64,000 bases of DNA from Minisyncoccota bacterium. GTDB lineage: Bacteria; Patescibacteriota; Minisyncoccia; Phycocordibacterales; WO2-35-19. A model generated the notes under the pieces. It saw only the letters and a program-made list of their open reading frames with translations. It did not search any database and was not told the DNA's origin. The position numbers were made by a program, and so were the translations under genes. The stretch's first letter is position 1, and every line of letters begins with the position of its first letter. The stretch spans positions 7,755 to 71,754 of the forward strand of contig JBAYKK010000002.1 of the NCBI GenBank assembly GCA_041664625.1, in the 5' to 3' direction. This document shows, one piece after another, positions 9,552-19,193 of the stretch.

Positions 9552-9971
9552 ATGCAACTCAACAATTTAAAAAAGAATAAATCAAACAGGAAAGCCAAAC
9601 AAGTTGGCCGAGGTGGTGCCCGTGGCAAAACTTCTGGTCGTGGGACCAAAGGTCAAAATGCTAGAGCTGGTAGAAAGAAAAGACCAGAAATGCGAGACAT
9701 CATTAAAAGATTGCCAAAATTAAGAGGTAGAGGAAAAAACTTCTTAAAATCTAGATTAGAAGAAAATACAGTCGTTAAATTCTCAGCTCTGGTTGAAGCT
9801 TTCAAAGTTGGCGAAACTGTCAGCCCTAAAGTTTTGCTTGAAAAAGGTCTCGTAAAAATAAGAAATGGTAAGATTCCAAAAATAAAAATCTTGGCCGATA
9901 ACCAAGTCAAAAAATCTTTTATCTTTGAAGGAGTTAAGGTTTCAGAAAATGTCAAAAAATTGGTGGTTTAA
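9552..9971 (+). CDS. rplO: 50S ribosomal protein L15
   Basis: GRGGARGKTSGRGTKGQ motif; only 46 bp after S5 so no L30 gene. Confidence 0.9.
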   Translation: MQLNNLKKNKSNRKAKQVGRGGARGKTSGRGTKGQNARAGRKKRPEMRDIIKRLPKLRGRGKNFLKSRLEENTVVKFSALVEAFKVGETVSPKVLLEKGLVKIRNGKIPKIKILADNQVKKSFIFEGVKVSENVKKLVV

Positions 9972-9982
9972 TTTATAACATA

Positions 9983-11254
9983 ATGAATAATTTTATTCAT
10001 AAAACAAAGTTAGTATTTGGAGATAAGATTTTAAGGGGTAGGATAATGTTCACCCTCTTAGTTTTGGTATTGTTTCGTTTGATGGCGGTGATCCCTATCC
10101 CTGGTATAGATACTTTGAGACTTGAGCAATTTTTGACTGGTAATGACTTCTTTGGCTTACTCAACATATTTTCTGGTGGTGGTCTTTCCAACTTGTCTAT
10201 CATAATGCTCGGAGTGAGCCCTTACATCACTTCTTCTATCATCATGCAACTTATGACGGTCATGTTCCCTAAACTCAAAGCTATGTATCAAGAAGAAGGG
10301 GACGCTGGTCGCAAGAAGTTTTCACAATATTCCAGACTTCTGACTGTGCCTTTGGCATTGATGCAAGGTTTTGCTTTTATCACTTTGCTTCAAAGTCAGG
10401 GTATTTTGGCTAAACTTTCTACTTTTGATTTGGTTACCAACTTGGTAGTTATAAGCACCGGTTCTATATTGCTTATGTGGTTGGGTGAACTTATTTCTGA
10501 ATTTGGTATCGGCAACGGTGTCTCGCTTATCATCTTCGCGGGTATCGTTTCGGTTTTGCCAGGTTCTATAAGCAAGCTTATCGTAGCTTTTGACCCATCA
10601 CAATTGCCAGCTTACCTTGGTTTCTTGGTAGCGGCTTTGGTAGTTATCTGGGGTGTGGTGGTGATCACTGAAGCGGAAAGACCAATACCAGTCACTTATG
10701 CCAAACAAGTCAGAGGCAACAAAGTCTATGGTGGAGTTTCTACTTATTTGCCACTGAGAGTGAACCAAGCGGGCGTGATACCTATCATCTTCGCTCTCTC
10801 TATTTTGCTTTTCCCTCAAATGATAATGAAGTTTTTGGTCAATATTAATATTGCTATCGTACAATCTATCTCTAATTTCTTGTTAGCTCTTTTGGAAAAT
10901 CAGTTGTTTTATGGAGTTGCTTATTTCCTTTTGGTTTTCATTTTTACTTATTTTTACACCGCGATCACTTTTGATCCAGATTCAATTTCCAAAAACTTGC
11001 AAAGGAGCGGAGCCTTTATACCTGGCATTCGCCCTGGTGTTCCTACTTCTCAATACATTGCCAACACTCTTTTCCGTTTGACTATGGTTGGGGCACTTTT
11101 CCTCGGTATCATCGCGGTCTTGCCGTTGGTGGTCAAATACTTCACTGGTATCAGCGCGGTGGCTATCGGTGGTACAAGCCTCCTCATCGTAGTTTCAGTT
11201 GTGATTGATCTCATCAAAAAAGTTGACGCCCAAATTTCCGCTAGGGAATATTAA
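9983..11254 (+). CDS. secY: preprotein translocase subunit SecY
   Basis: 10 TM pattern, conserved LFRLMAVIPIPGID N-terminal region, 423 aa. Confidence 0.9.
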   Translation: MNNFIHKTKLVFGDKILRGRIMFTLLVLVLFRLMAVIPIPGIDTLRLEQFLTGNDFFGLLNIFSGGGLSNLSIIMLGVSPYITSSIIMQLMTVMFPKLKAMYQEEGDAGRKKFSQYSRLLTVPLALMQGFAFITLLQSQGILAKLSTFDLVTNLVVISTGSILLMWLGELISEFGIGNGVSLIIFAGIVSVLPGSISKLIVAFDPSQLPAYLGFLVAALVVIWGVVVITEAERPIPVTYAKQVRGNKVYGGVSTYLPLRVNQAGVIPIIFALSILLFPQMIMKFLVNINIAIVQSISNFLLALLENQLFYGVAYFLLVFIFTYFYTAITFDPDSISKNLQRSGAFIPGIRPGVPTSQYIANTLFRLTMVGALFLGIIAVLPLVVKYFTGISAVAIGGTSLLIVVSVVIDLIKKVDAQISAREY

Positions 11255-11345
11255 AAACAAAAATAAAAAACAAATTCTTCCTCCCTAAAGGGTTCCCACA
11301 GAATTTGTTTTTTATTTTTGTTTTTACTTACTTATTTGCTATACT

Positions 11346-11996
11346 GTGAAAGAATTCGGTCGTGCTCCAATGGACGTATCGCACGACATGATTTCGCTAA
11401 ATCATATGACACCACAAACATTTATATTTTTTGGACCATCGGGTTCAGGTAAAGGCACTCAAGCCAAACTTTTACAAGACGAAATTAAAAAAAGAGATCC
11501 AGAACGCAATATCCTTTATATAGAAACTGGCCAAAAATTTAGAGAGTTGGCTCAGGGTGATTCTTTCACGGCTCAAAAAATAAAAGAAGTGATAGAAACC
11601 GGCGGGCTTTTGCCTGAGTTTTTGCCAGTCTGGGTGTGGACGGGGATTATGATTGAAAACATCAAAGGCGATGAGCACATTTTCACAGATGGACTTTCTC
11701 GTCAGCCCAAAGAAGCACCGGTTTTGGATTCGGCTATGAAATTTTATAAAAGAGAAAGACCAAAAGTTATTTCCATTGAAGTTTCCGACGAGTGGGCTAC
11801 CAAACTTTTGAAAGGCCGAGGTCGCGGGGATGATAATGACGCCGAAATAACCAAGAGATTGGGTTGGTACAAAGAAAATGTGATGCCTGCCATAGAATAT
11901 TTCAAAAACAATGATTATTATGAGTTTATAGCTATCGACGGCGAGCATACTATCGAAGAAGTGCATCAAGATATAATGACAAAAGTAGGTCTATGA
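11346..11996 (+). CDS. adk: adenylate kinase (true start possibly downstream ATG near 11406)
   Basis: P-loop FFGPSGSGKGTQA, LID region with R..DD. Confidence 0.85.
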   Translation: MKEFGRAPMDVSHDMISLNHMTPQTFIFFGPSGSGKGTQAKLLQDEIKKRDPERNILYIETGQKFRELAQGDSFTAQKIKEVIETGGLLPEFLPVWVWTGIMIENIKGDEHIFTDGLSRQPKEAPVLDSAMKFYKRERPKVISIEVSDEWATKLLKGRGRGDDNDAEITKRLGWYKENVMPAIEYFKNNDYYEFIAIDGEHTIEEVHQDIMTKVGL

Positions 11997-12766
11997 TTAA
12001 ATACAAAAAAGAGGAAGAGATAGCCATAATGAGAGAAGGAGGCAAGATCCATGCGCGCATTTTGCAAGAGGTGGCTAAAAAGGTTAAGCCAGGAGTCAAA
12101 ACTGATGCTTTGAATACTTACGCTGAACAACTTATCGATGAGGTCGGAGGCGTAGCTTCTTTCCTTGGTTACCAACCATATGACGCCAAAAGACCTTACC
12201 CTGCAGCGCTTTGCGTCTCTATCAATGAAGAAATCGTGCATGGTATCCCCAACGATGGTAACGAAAGGATTTTGTTTGAAGGTGATATTGTGACTTTGGA
12301 TTTGGGTTTAACTTACAAAGGCTTCATTACTGATGCGGCTATCACTGTGCCGGTCGGTAAAATAACCAAAGAGGTTGAGACTTTGGTTAGGGCTACCAAA
12401 GAAGCGTTGGACAGGGGCATAAAAGCTATGCGTCTGCATGGTCACATCGGAGATATCGGAGACGCTATCATGCAGGTAGCAATGAAGTATGATTTTGGTA
12501 TTATAGAAGGGCTCTCGGGTCATGGAGTGGGTTATAGTGTACATGAAGAGCCTTATGTGCCCAATAAAGCTAAGCGTGGCGAAGGCCCGGAGCTCAAAGA
12601 AGGTTTAGTTATCGCGATTGAACCGATGCTTTCGATGGGTAGTCGGGATATCAAAAGATTGTCAGATGGTTATACTTTCATCACACGTGACAAATCGCTT
12701 TCGGCGCATTTTGAACACACGGTGGTAATGACTAAAAGTGGTGTGGAAATATTAACAAAATTATAA
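11993..12766 (+). CDS. map: methionine aminopeptidase type I
   Basis: Pita-bread fold metal ligands (D..D..H..E..E pattern), 257 aa, overlaps adk stop by 4 nt. Confidence 0.9.
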   Translation: MIKYKKEEEIAIMREGGKIHARILQEVAKKVKPGVKTDALNTYAEQLIDEVGGVASFLGYQPYDAKRPYPAALCVSINEEIVHGIPNDGNERILFEGDIVTLDLGLTYKGFITDAAITVPVGKITKEVETLVRATKEALDRGIKAMRLHGHIGDIGDAIMQVAMKYDFGIIEGLSGHGVGYSVHEEPYVPNKAKRGEGPELKEGLVIAIEPMLSMGSRDIKRLSDGYTFITRDKSLSAHFEHTVVMTKSGVEILTKL

Positions 12767-12783
12767 TTAATAGTTCGCTAAAA

Positions 12784-13326
12784 ATGAATGAATTAACTTT
12801 CATTACAGGTAATGCTGGCAAAGCTAAATATCTTAGTGACTATTTTCATATTTCAATCGAACATCAAAAGCTCGATCTGATAGAAATACAATCTCTAAAT
12901 TTAAAAGAAATTGTGGAAGATAAAGCAAGGAGAGCTTACGAAATAATAAAAAGTCCTGTGATTGTAGAAGATGTTTCTTTAATTTTTAATGGAATGAAAA
13001 AGCTTCCAGGACCTCTTATAAAATGGTTTTTTGAAACTCTGGGTAATGATGGATTGATAAAATTAGTTGACTCATTAGATACTAGAGATGCTTTTGCAGA
13101 AGTTGAGTTTGCTATTTGTGATGAGTCTGGAGTGTATACGTTTAGTGGTTCAATGGAAGGAGTCATTTCAGATTTTCCTAGAGGAGAAATGGGATTTGGT
13201 TGGGACCCTATATTTATTCCTAAAGGCTATAACAAAACTTGGGCTGAAATGACAGATGATGAAAAGCATAAGACTTCTATGCGAAAAATTGCATTAGAAA
13301 AAATGTCAGAATTTTTAAAAAATTAA
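12784..13326 (+). CDS. rdgB: non-canonical purine NTP pyrophosphatase (Ham1/RdgB/ITPase family)
   Basis: FITGNAGK N-terminus and GFGWDPIF signature. Confidence 0.8.
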   Translation: MNELTFITGNAGKAKYLSDYFHISIEHQKLDLIEIQSLNLKEIVEDKARRAYEIIKSPVIVEDVSLIFNGMKKLPGPLIKWFFETLGNDGLIKLVDSLDTRDAFAEVEFAICDESGVYTFSGSMEGVISDFPRGEMGFGWDPIFIPKGYNKTWAEMTDDEKHKTSMRKIALEKMSEFLKN

Positions 13327-13398
13327 GTGAAAATAATTAGATTATTTGCTTTTCGATCTATATTAATATAGTATAAAAAATATAATTCAATTAAAATT

Positions 13399-13983
13399 AT
13401 GCAACATCCAAAAGAAGAACGTACATATGTAATGTTAAAACCAGACGGAGTCCGAAAGGGTCTTATCGGAGAAGTGATTAAACGTCTTGAGCAACGCGAT
13501 TTGAAGATCGTGGCACTTGAGATGTTTCAACCAACACTTGATCAAATTGATAATCATTATCCAAAAAATAAAGAATGGGTTACTAGATTAGGCACCAAAA
13601 CTTTGGGTACTTATGAAAAATATGGTTATGATGCGATGGCCGATTTTGGTACTATTGATCCAGCGTTAATTGGTCCTGAAATTCGTAAATGGTTACTTGA
13701 TTACATGATGTCTGCTCCCTTGGTTAAGGTGGTGGTACAAGGTATACATGCCGTAGATGTCGTCCGTAAGATTGCTGGGCCAACTTTGCCATATTTGGCT
13801 GATATGGGTACTATCCGTGGAGATTTTTCTATTGATTCCCCAGCTTTAGCAAATGCAGAAAAACGGGCAGTTATGAATATAATGCATTGTTCTGAAACTC
13901 CAGAAGAAGCCGAACACGAAATTAAACACTGGTTTGGCGATCAAAAAACCTTTAATTACAAACGATTCGGAGTTGATGAATAA
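13399..13983 (+). CDS. ndk: nucleoside diphosphate kinase-like protein (long form with insertions)
   Basis: ERT..MLKPDGVRKGLIGEVIKRLE, NIMHCSE (NIIHGSD-like) active-site region; 194 aa versus ~140 typical. Confidence 0.7.
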   Translation: MQHPKEERTYVMLKPDGVRKGLIGEVIKRLEQRDLKIVALEMFQPTLDQIDNHYPKNKEWVTRLGTKTLGTYEKYGYDAMADFGTIDPALIGPEIRKWLLDYMMSAPLVKVVVQGIHAVDVVRKIAGPTLPYLADMGTIRGDFSIDSPALANAEKRAVMNIMHCSETPEEAEHEIKHWFGDQKTFNYKRFGVDE

Positions 13984-13995
13984 AAACTGGTAATT

Positions 13996-14004
13996 TGGTA
14001 TAAT
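13996..14004 (+). promoter_or_regulatory. extended -10 promoter element TGgTATAAT
   Basis: Read directly; weak -35 TTGATG 19 bp upstream. Confidence 0.4.
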
Positions 14005-14019
14005 ACAAGCAGGGTTACT

Positions 14020-14172
14020 TGGATATTTTCTAACTTGCACATATTCAGGGAGGCTAACTTTTTTCGACGTAAAGTCGTAATCGAGGCCACCCACCTAATA
14101 TTTTTCAATTAGGGAATAAGTCCGGGTAGCCCTATGGAGAATCCGTCTCGTTTGTGCGAGACGGATTTTGCT
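14020..14172 (+). ncRNA. candidate ~150-nt structured leader / small RNA ending in intrinsic terminator
   Basis: Promoter upstream, internal hairpins (cgacgtaaagtcg, gggtagccc), terminator aatccgtctcg-tttgtg-cgagacggatt+TTTTG at 14140-14172; no ORF. Confidence 0.35.
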
Positions 14173-14228
14173 TGTCTCGCCGAAGCTCGAGCGTAGCGAG
14201 AAGCGGAGGAGGATGTTAAAATAACTTT

Positions 14229-14657
14229 ATGTTTAGAAAGCCGCTTTTTTTGGAAACTTTTATTTTACTTGCGACTGTTGGTATTCTTAATTATTTCGCT
14301 ACCCGTTATCATCTCTACTGGTCAACTTACGAATTTGATTCTCTAGTCCATTTTTTGGGTGGAGCCACTTTGTCTGCCTTTTTCTTGTGGGCTTACTTTT
14401 TTTCTGGTTTTTTTGATCCGCAAAAAAGAAAACTCAAAAACTTTTTGTTGGTCGCTTTTTTGGGGGCAATGTCGGTGGCTATAATTTGGGAGATTTATGA
14501 AATTTTTCTAGGCGAAGTGGCCGTGAGTGGAGCCGAATATCCGTACGATACTATGATGGATTTGATTATGGATTTTTTGGGTATTATGGCTTTTTGTTTT
14601 TACGGTTACATGAGAGAGTATAATCAAAAAATGATTATAAAAAATCAAAATGAATAA
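14229..14657 (+). CDS. hypothetical integral membrane protein (4 predicted TM)
   Basis: 142 aa, four hydrophobic segments; no recognisable family. Confidence 0.6.
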   Translation: MFRKPLFLETFILLATVGILNYFATRYHLYWSTYEFDSLVHFLGGATLSAFFLWAYFFSGFFDPQKRKLKNFLLVAFLGAMSVAIIWEIYEIFLGEVAVSGAEYPYDTMMDLIMDFLGIMAFCFYGYMREYNQKMIIKNQNE

Positions 14658-16119
14658 TTTAAAAATCACATTTTTTGGTGGGGCCGGTTCTACTACTGGG
14701 GCTAACATAATGCTTGAAGTTGGAAGTAATCCCACTTCGCCAAAGCTTCGCGGGACAAGAATTTTGGTGGATTGCGGACTTTTGCAAGGTGCTCGATTCG
14801 CTGAAGATAAAAATTTTGAAAATTTCAAATATAACCCAGCTGAAATTGATTTTCTTTTGATTACTCATGCTCATATGGATCATATAGGCAAAGTGCCCAA
14901 ATTGGTGCGTGATGGTTTCAAAGGCAAAATAATATCTACGGTGGAAACTATGGAACTGGCTCGACCGATGCTCGTAGATGCTCTGAAAGTGATGCAAGCT
15001 CGTCACCCCAACCAAACTCTTTTTGAAGAAGCTGATATAAACAAATCTTTTGCTTTGTGGGAAGGCCGAAGTTATGAAGAGAAAATAAATCTTTTTGAAA
15101 ATTGTAGTTTATTTATGCAAGATGCTGGGCATATATTGGGTTCGGCTATTTGCAATGTCACTTGTGGAGTGGGGGAAGAATCAAAGACCATAGCCTTCAC
15201 TGGGGACTTGGGTAATTCGCCTTCGCCTATTTTGCCAGATACCGAGACCCCAAAAGGAGTTGATTATTTGGTTATGGAGAGTGTCTATGGAGATAGGAAT
15301 CATGAAAGCAAAGACGAAAGAAGACAAAAATTAAAACAAGCTATTTTGAATGGCCAAGAAAGAGGGGGTACTATAGTGATCCCGGCTTTTTCCATAGAGC
15401 GGACTCAGGTTTTGCTTTATGAGTTGAATAATATGATTGAAGATCAAGAGATCCCCAAGGTGCCAGTTTTTTTGGACTCTCCTTTAGCTCTCAAAGTAAC
15501 TGATATTTATAAAAAATATCAAAAAGATTTCAAACCATCAGTCCAACAAGAAATACAATCGGGCGATGATATTTTTGATTTCCCTGGTTTACAAATAGTG
15601 AGGAATACCAGAGAGTCAGAAGAAATAGAAAAATTGGCCGGGCCTAAAATAATTTTGGCCGGTTCAGGTATGTCTGAAGGGGGGAGAGTGGTCAGTCATG
15701 AAGCTCGATTTTTGCCCGATCCTACGGCTACTATTATTTTAGTCGGTTATCAGTCAGTCGGTTCATTGGGTAGAGCGATTCAAGATGGAGTCAAAGAGGT
15801 TTTCATAGAGACTGATGGTGACAAGAGCAACGGTAAAGAAAAAGTAAAAGTCAGAGCCACTATTGAAAACATAACTGGTTATTCATCGCACAAAGATTCG
15901 GAGCATTTGCTGGAGTTCGTCGAAAAAGTAAATGACTCGACCTCACCCCCAACCCCTCTCCTTGCGAAGGAGAGGGGAGAAGGAAAAAAAGGATTGAAGA
16001 GGGTTTTCGTTATAATGGGCGAACCCAAATCATCCCTTTTCCTCACTCAACGCATCCGCGATTATCTCGATATTGACGCAGTTTATCCAGAAGAAAATAA
16101 AGAATACGAATTAAAATAA
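14650..16119 (+). CDS. metallo-beta-lactamase fold ribonuclease, beta-CASP family (RNase J-like)
   Basis: HAHMDH motif 2, D...H motifs, beta-CASP motif GYSSHKDSEHL; contains an in-frame hairpin-repeat insertion (TSPPTPLLAKERGEGKKG). Confidence 0.8.
   Translation: MNNLKITFFGGAGSTTGANIMLEVGSNPTSPKLRGTRILVDCGLLQGARFAEDKNFENFKYNPAEIDFLLITHAHMDHIGKVPKLVRDGFKGKIISTVETMELARPMLVDALKVMQARHPNQTLFEEADINKSFALWEGRSYEEKINLFENCSLFMQDAGHILGSAICNVTCGVGEESKTIAFTGDLGNSPSPILPDTETPKGVDYLVMESVYGDRNHESKDERRQKLKQAILNGQERGGTIVIPAFSIERTQVLLYELNNMIEDQEIPKVPVFLDSPLALKVTDIYKKYQKDFKPSVQQEIQSGDDIFDFPGLQIVRNTRESEEIEKLAGPKIILAGSGMSEGGRVVSHEARFLPDPTATIILVGYQSVGSLGRAIQDGVKEVFIETDGDKSNGKEKVKVRATIENITGYSSHKDSEHLLEFVEKVNDSTSPPTPLLAKERGEGKKGLKRVFVIMGEPKSSLFLTQRIRDYLDIDAVYPEENKEYELK
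15940..15977 (+). repeat. R-family hairpin repeat copy R1, inside the beta-CASP CDS, in frame
   Basis: acctcacccccaacccctctc-cttgcgaag-gagagggg matches intergenic family consensus. Confidence 0.7.
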
Positions 16120-16174
16120 CCTCACCCCGTTTTCCTTACGGAAAACTGCCCCTCTCCTAGACGCAGGGGAGGGG
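16118..16174 (+). repeat. R-family hairpin repeat copy R2 (double-hairpin variant)
   Basis: aacctcacccc + gttttccttacggaaaac + cccctctc-ctagacgcag-gggagggg. Confidence 0.7.
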
Positions 16175-16194
16175 AAAAATAAAAAATAAAACAG

Positions 16195-16242
16195 AAAAAC
16201 CCGCCGAGAGGGCAGAGATTTCTGCCGCCGTAGGCGGGTTCT
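16195..16242. terminator. bidirectional terminator between convergent genes (aacccgcc...ggcgggtt)
   Basis: Long GC stem flanked by A-run on plus and T-run on minus reading. Confidence 0.55.
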
Positions 16243-16244
16243 AG

Positions 16245-16787
16245 CTAGAGCAGGCTTCTGCCAGAGAAACTGTGGAAGCCGAGGAGTTCGCCATTGAGTT
16301 TGTCTTCGATTTCCTCACGGCCTAGAAATCTTTCAAAGTCTCCAGACCAGATATTGTTGTATTCAATACCAGAGTCATTATACCTGGCAGGCCCTCGTCC
16401 TCCATTGAAAATTTCCATTTCATAGGATTGACGTATGGCACTTTTCAAAAACGGGATAACGTTTTTGTAGTAAAAGCCATTGTATTCCATCCACCATACC
16501 GGAACCCAAATCAGGTTCACTCGGTAAAAAATCGTGGTGGTGCCAGCCGACCAGTCGGAGAGTGGGGTGGTGCAATAACGATCCACTACCCTGTACTTAC
16601 TATCTTCGGTGGTGTAAGTGATGGTCGTATAACCATCGTTACCGCTTGTTTTGATGGACTTACGGTTTTCGCCGCCGGCGTAACCGTCGAGCATGGCTTC
16701 GAAGAAAGCGGCCTTAGCCCCTTTCAAAATATCCACTTTCAAAACATCTGCTTTTTCCTGATATGTCATGAGAACCTTCCTGGGCAA
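16245..16787 (-). CDS. hypothetical protein (moderately GC-enriched)
   Basis: 180 aa, W/Y/G-rich; no family recognised by eye. Confidence 0.55.
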   Translation of the reverse strand: MPRKVLMTYQEKADVLKVDILKGAKAAFFEAMLDGYAGGENRKSIKTSGNDGYTTITYTTEDSKYRVVDRYCTTPLSDWSAGTTTIFYRVNLIWVPVWWMEYNGFYYKNVIPFLKSAIRQSYEMEIFNGGRGPARYNDSGIEYNNIWSGDFERFLGREEIEDKLNGELLGFHSFSGRSLL

Positions 16788-16806
16788 AATACTACCACAA
16801 CATTAC

Positions 16807-18336
16807 TTATCTCGCAAATTCAATAGTTCGAGATTCACGAATAACAACCACGCGGATTTCACCTGGGTATTTGAGTTCGTTTTCGATGCGGACGGCGATG
16901 TCGCGGGCCATACTTTTGGCTTCAACATCATTGACTTGAGAAGGGGTGACAAACACTCTGAGCTCTCTACCAGCTTGTAGAGCGTAAGCTTTTTCTACAC
17001 CAGTTACAGTAGTAGCGATGGCTTCTAGGTCACCCAAGCGTTTCAAGTAATTTTCTACGCTATCGCGTCTCGCTCCAGGTCTAGCACCAGAAATCGCATC
17101 AGCCGATTGGACGATATAAGATTCCAAAGTAGAGTAGGGGTATTCACCGTGGTGGGATTCCATGGCTCTGATTATTTTTTCATCAGCACCAAATTTCTGA
17201 AGGATGCGACGACCGATGTCTACGTGGGTACCAGCTATTTCATGATCTACCGCTTTGCCGATATCATGGAGCAATGCTCCGGCTTTGGCGACGGCTACAT
17301 TGGCACCGATCTCGGTAGCGAGCATACCAGCGATGTGGGACATTTCAATTGAGTGTTGCAAAACGTTTTGACCGTAAGAAGTCCGGAAATGTAATCGGCC
17401 CAAAATAGAAACTATGCGTGAGTCGAGGTTGAAAACTCCACACTCGTAAGCCGCCGCTTCGCCTTTTTCTCTCATTATTTTATTGATGTCTTGTTTGGCT
17501 TTTTCTATCATTTCTTCAATTTTGGCAGGTTGAATACGCCCGTCGGAAATTAAGTTTTCTAAAGCTACTCTAGCTATTTGTCTACGAACTGAATCGTAAG
17601 AAGAGATAGTGATAAGTCCTGGAGTATCGTCCACGATGACTTCTACTCCGGAAGCTCTCTCAAAAGCTTTGATGTTTCGGCCTTCTTTACCGATGATTTT
17701 ACCTTTGATTTCATCGGAAGGGATGGTGACAGTAGTAGAAAATACTTCGGAAGATACTGAGTTGGCCAATCTTTGGATAGAAGTGGTGAGTATTTCTTTG
17801 GCTTTGGCCTCAATCTTTTCGCTACCATCTTTTTCTAATTTCTGCATTCTCACTACGATATCTTCCTCGTGTTTTTTGGCTATTTCTCTGAGTAAGACTT
17901 CTTTGGCTTCTTCTTCGGTGAGGTTGGAGATTTTTTGTAACTCGTTAGATTTTTGTTTTTCCAAATTTTCTACCTTTTCTTTGATAGTTTTTACTTCGGA
18001 AACTTTTTCTTTAACTTGTTCTATTTCCTTGTCTATATCTACTTGTCTTTTATCCAAAAATTCCTCTTTTTTGATGAGGCGGTCTTCGGTTTTTTTAATT
18101 TTGTCTTCTTTTTCTTTAAACTCTACTCGGGTTTCTTTCAAAGTTTCTTCGGCTTTTTTCTCGGCTTCTTCGGTGATTTTCTTGGCTTCTTCCCTCGCGT
18201 GGAGCTCCATCTGCTTGATACGAAGTTCTACTGAACCGCGTTGACCTAAAGAGATTATCCATCGCAAGAAATAACCGAAACCGACTCCAACCAAAGCAGC
18301 TAATCCAGCTAGGAGTACTGCTAATTTTAATGACAT
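16807..18336 (-). CDS. rny: ribonuclease Y
   Basis: N-terminal TM, long coiled coil, KH domain, HD domain (LLHDIGKAVDHE). Confidence 0.9.
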   Translation of the reverse strand: MSLKLAVLLAGLAALVGVGFGYFLRWIISLGQRGSVELRIKQMELHAREEAKKITEEAEKKAEETLKETRVEFKEKEDKIKKTEDRLIKKEEFLDKRQVDIDKEIEQVKEKVSEVKTIKEKVENLEKQKSNELQKISNLTEEEAKEVLLREIAKKHEEDIVVRMQKLEKDGSEKIEAKAKEILTTSIQRLANSVSSEVFSTTVTIPSDEIKGKIIGKEGRNIKAFERASGVEVIVDDTPGLITISSYDSVRRQIARVALENLISDGRIQPAKIEEMIEKAKQDINKIMREKGEAAAYECGVFNLDSRIVSILGRLHFRTSYGQNVLQHSIEMSHIAGMLATEIGANVAVAKAGALLHDIGKAVDHEIAGTHVDIGRRILQKFGADEKIIRAMESHHGEYPYSTLESYIVQSADAISGARPGARRDSVENYLKRLGDLEAIATTVTGVEKAYALQAGRELRVFVTPSQVNDVEAKSMARDIAVRIENELKYPGEIRVVVIRESRTIEFAR

Positions 18337-18517
18337 ATATTTTGTTGTAATTCCGTCTTAGTTTAGACGAGTGCGGAGGCCTTTTTCTTTGTTTTTTGGA
18401 AAATTTAGGTTCATTTTGTTTAAAAATTGGGCATTCTTCACTGTTTATATAACGAAATTACTTGTTTAATAGTAATGCCTTAATTATACAGAATTTGCCT
18501 AAAATACGCAAATCAAA

Positions 18518-18574
18518 AACCTCACCCCACTTTCCTTCGGAAAGTTGCCCCTCTCTTATATTAAGAGAGGGGAG
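18518..18574 (+). repeat. R-family hairpin repeat copy R3 (double-hairpin variant)
   Basis: aacctcacccc + actttccttcggaaagt + cccctctc-ttatattaa-gagagggg. Confidence 0.7.
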
Positions 18575-18592
18575 TTCCGCCATAAATGAGTT

Positions 18593-19186
18593 TTATAGTA
18601 TTTTATCAACTATACCATAACGTTTAGCTTCATCGGCGGTCATGAAGAAGTCGCGTTCAACGTCGGCAGAAATTTTGGAGATTGTCTGGCCAGTATTTTC
18701 GGCGAGCATTTTGTTTAAATTTTCTCGAGTTTTCAAAATATGTTTGGCACGGATAGCGATGTCGGTAGCTTGACCTTCGGCTCCGCCAATAGGTTGGTGG
18801 ATCATCACTTCGGCATTTTTCAAAATAAATCTTTTACCTTTGGTACCAGCTGAAAGTACGATGGCGGCACCCGATGCGGCGATACCCACACAAAAAGTCG
18901 AGACATCTGGTTTGATGAATTTCATAGTGTCTACGATAGCTAAGGTAGAGGTGACTGAGCCACCAGGGGAGTTTATATAAAGCGAAATTTCTTTTTTGGA
19001 ATCTTCAGATTGCAAGAAAAGGAGTTGGGCGATGATGAGGTTGGCCATCGTGTCTTCGATTTCACCACCCAAAAATATGATGCGGTCTTTGAGAAGTCTT
19101 GAATAAATATCATAAGCTCGCTCACCGTTGTGAGTTTTTTCTATAACGGTGGGGACTAATATTGAGTTTTTTTCTGTGTTTTTCAT
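18593..19186 (-). CDS. clpP: ATP-dependent Clp protease proteolytic subunit
   Basis: Ser-His-Asp catalytic-region motifs ([11 protein letters not shown]..., MIHQP). Confidence 0.9.
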   Translation of the reverse strand: MKNTEKNSILVPTVIEKTHNGERAYDIYSRLLKDRIIFLGGEIEDTMANLIIAQLLFLQSEDSKKEISLYINSPGGSVTSTLAIVDTMKFIKPDVSTFCVGIAASGAAIVLSAGTKGKRFILKNAEVMIHQPIGGAEGQATDIAIRAKHILKTRENLNKMLAENTGQTISKISADVERDFFMTADEAKRYGIVDKIL

Positions 19187-19193
19187 ATTTTTA

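Noticed and set aside
14100-14140. Possible RNase P RNA or SRP RNA because of the AAGTCCGGG word
   Set aside because: The transcribed unit between promoter and terminator is only ~150 nt and lacks the other universally conserved RNase P or SRP segments. Kept only as an unknown leader or small RNA.
17609-18244. Plus-strand ORFs (211 aa and 93 aa) antisense to rny
   Set aside because: They are low-complexity S/F/L-rich translations of the antisense of the rny coiled-coil region. RNase Y on the minus strand is well supported.
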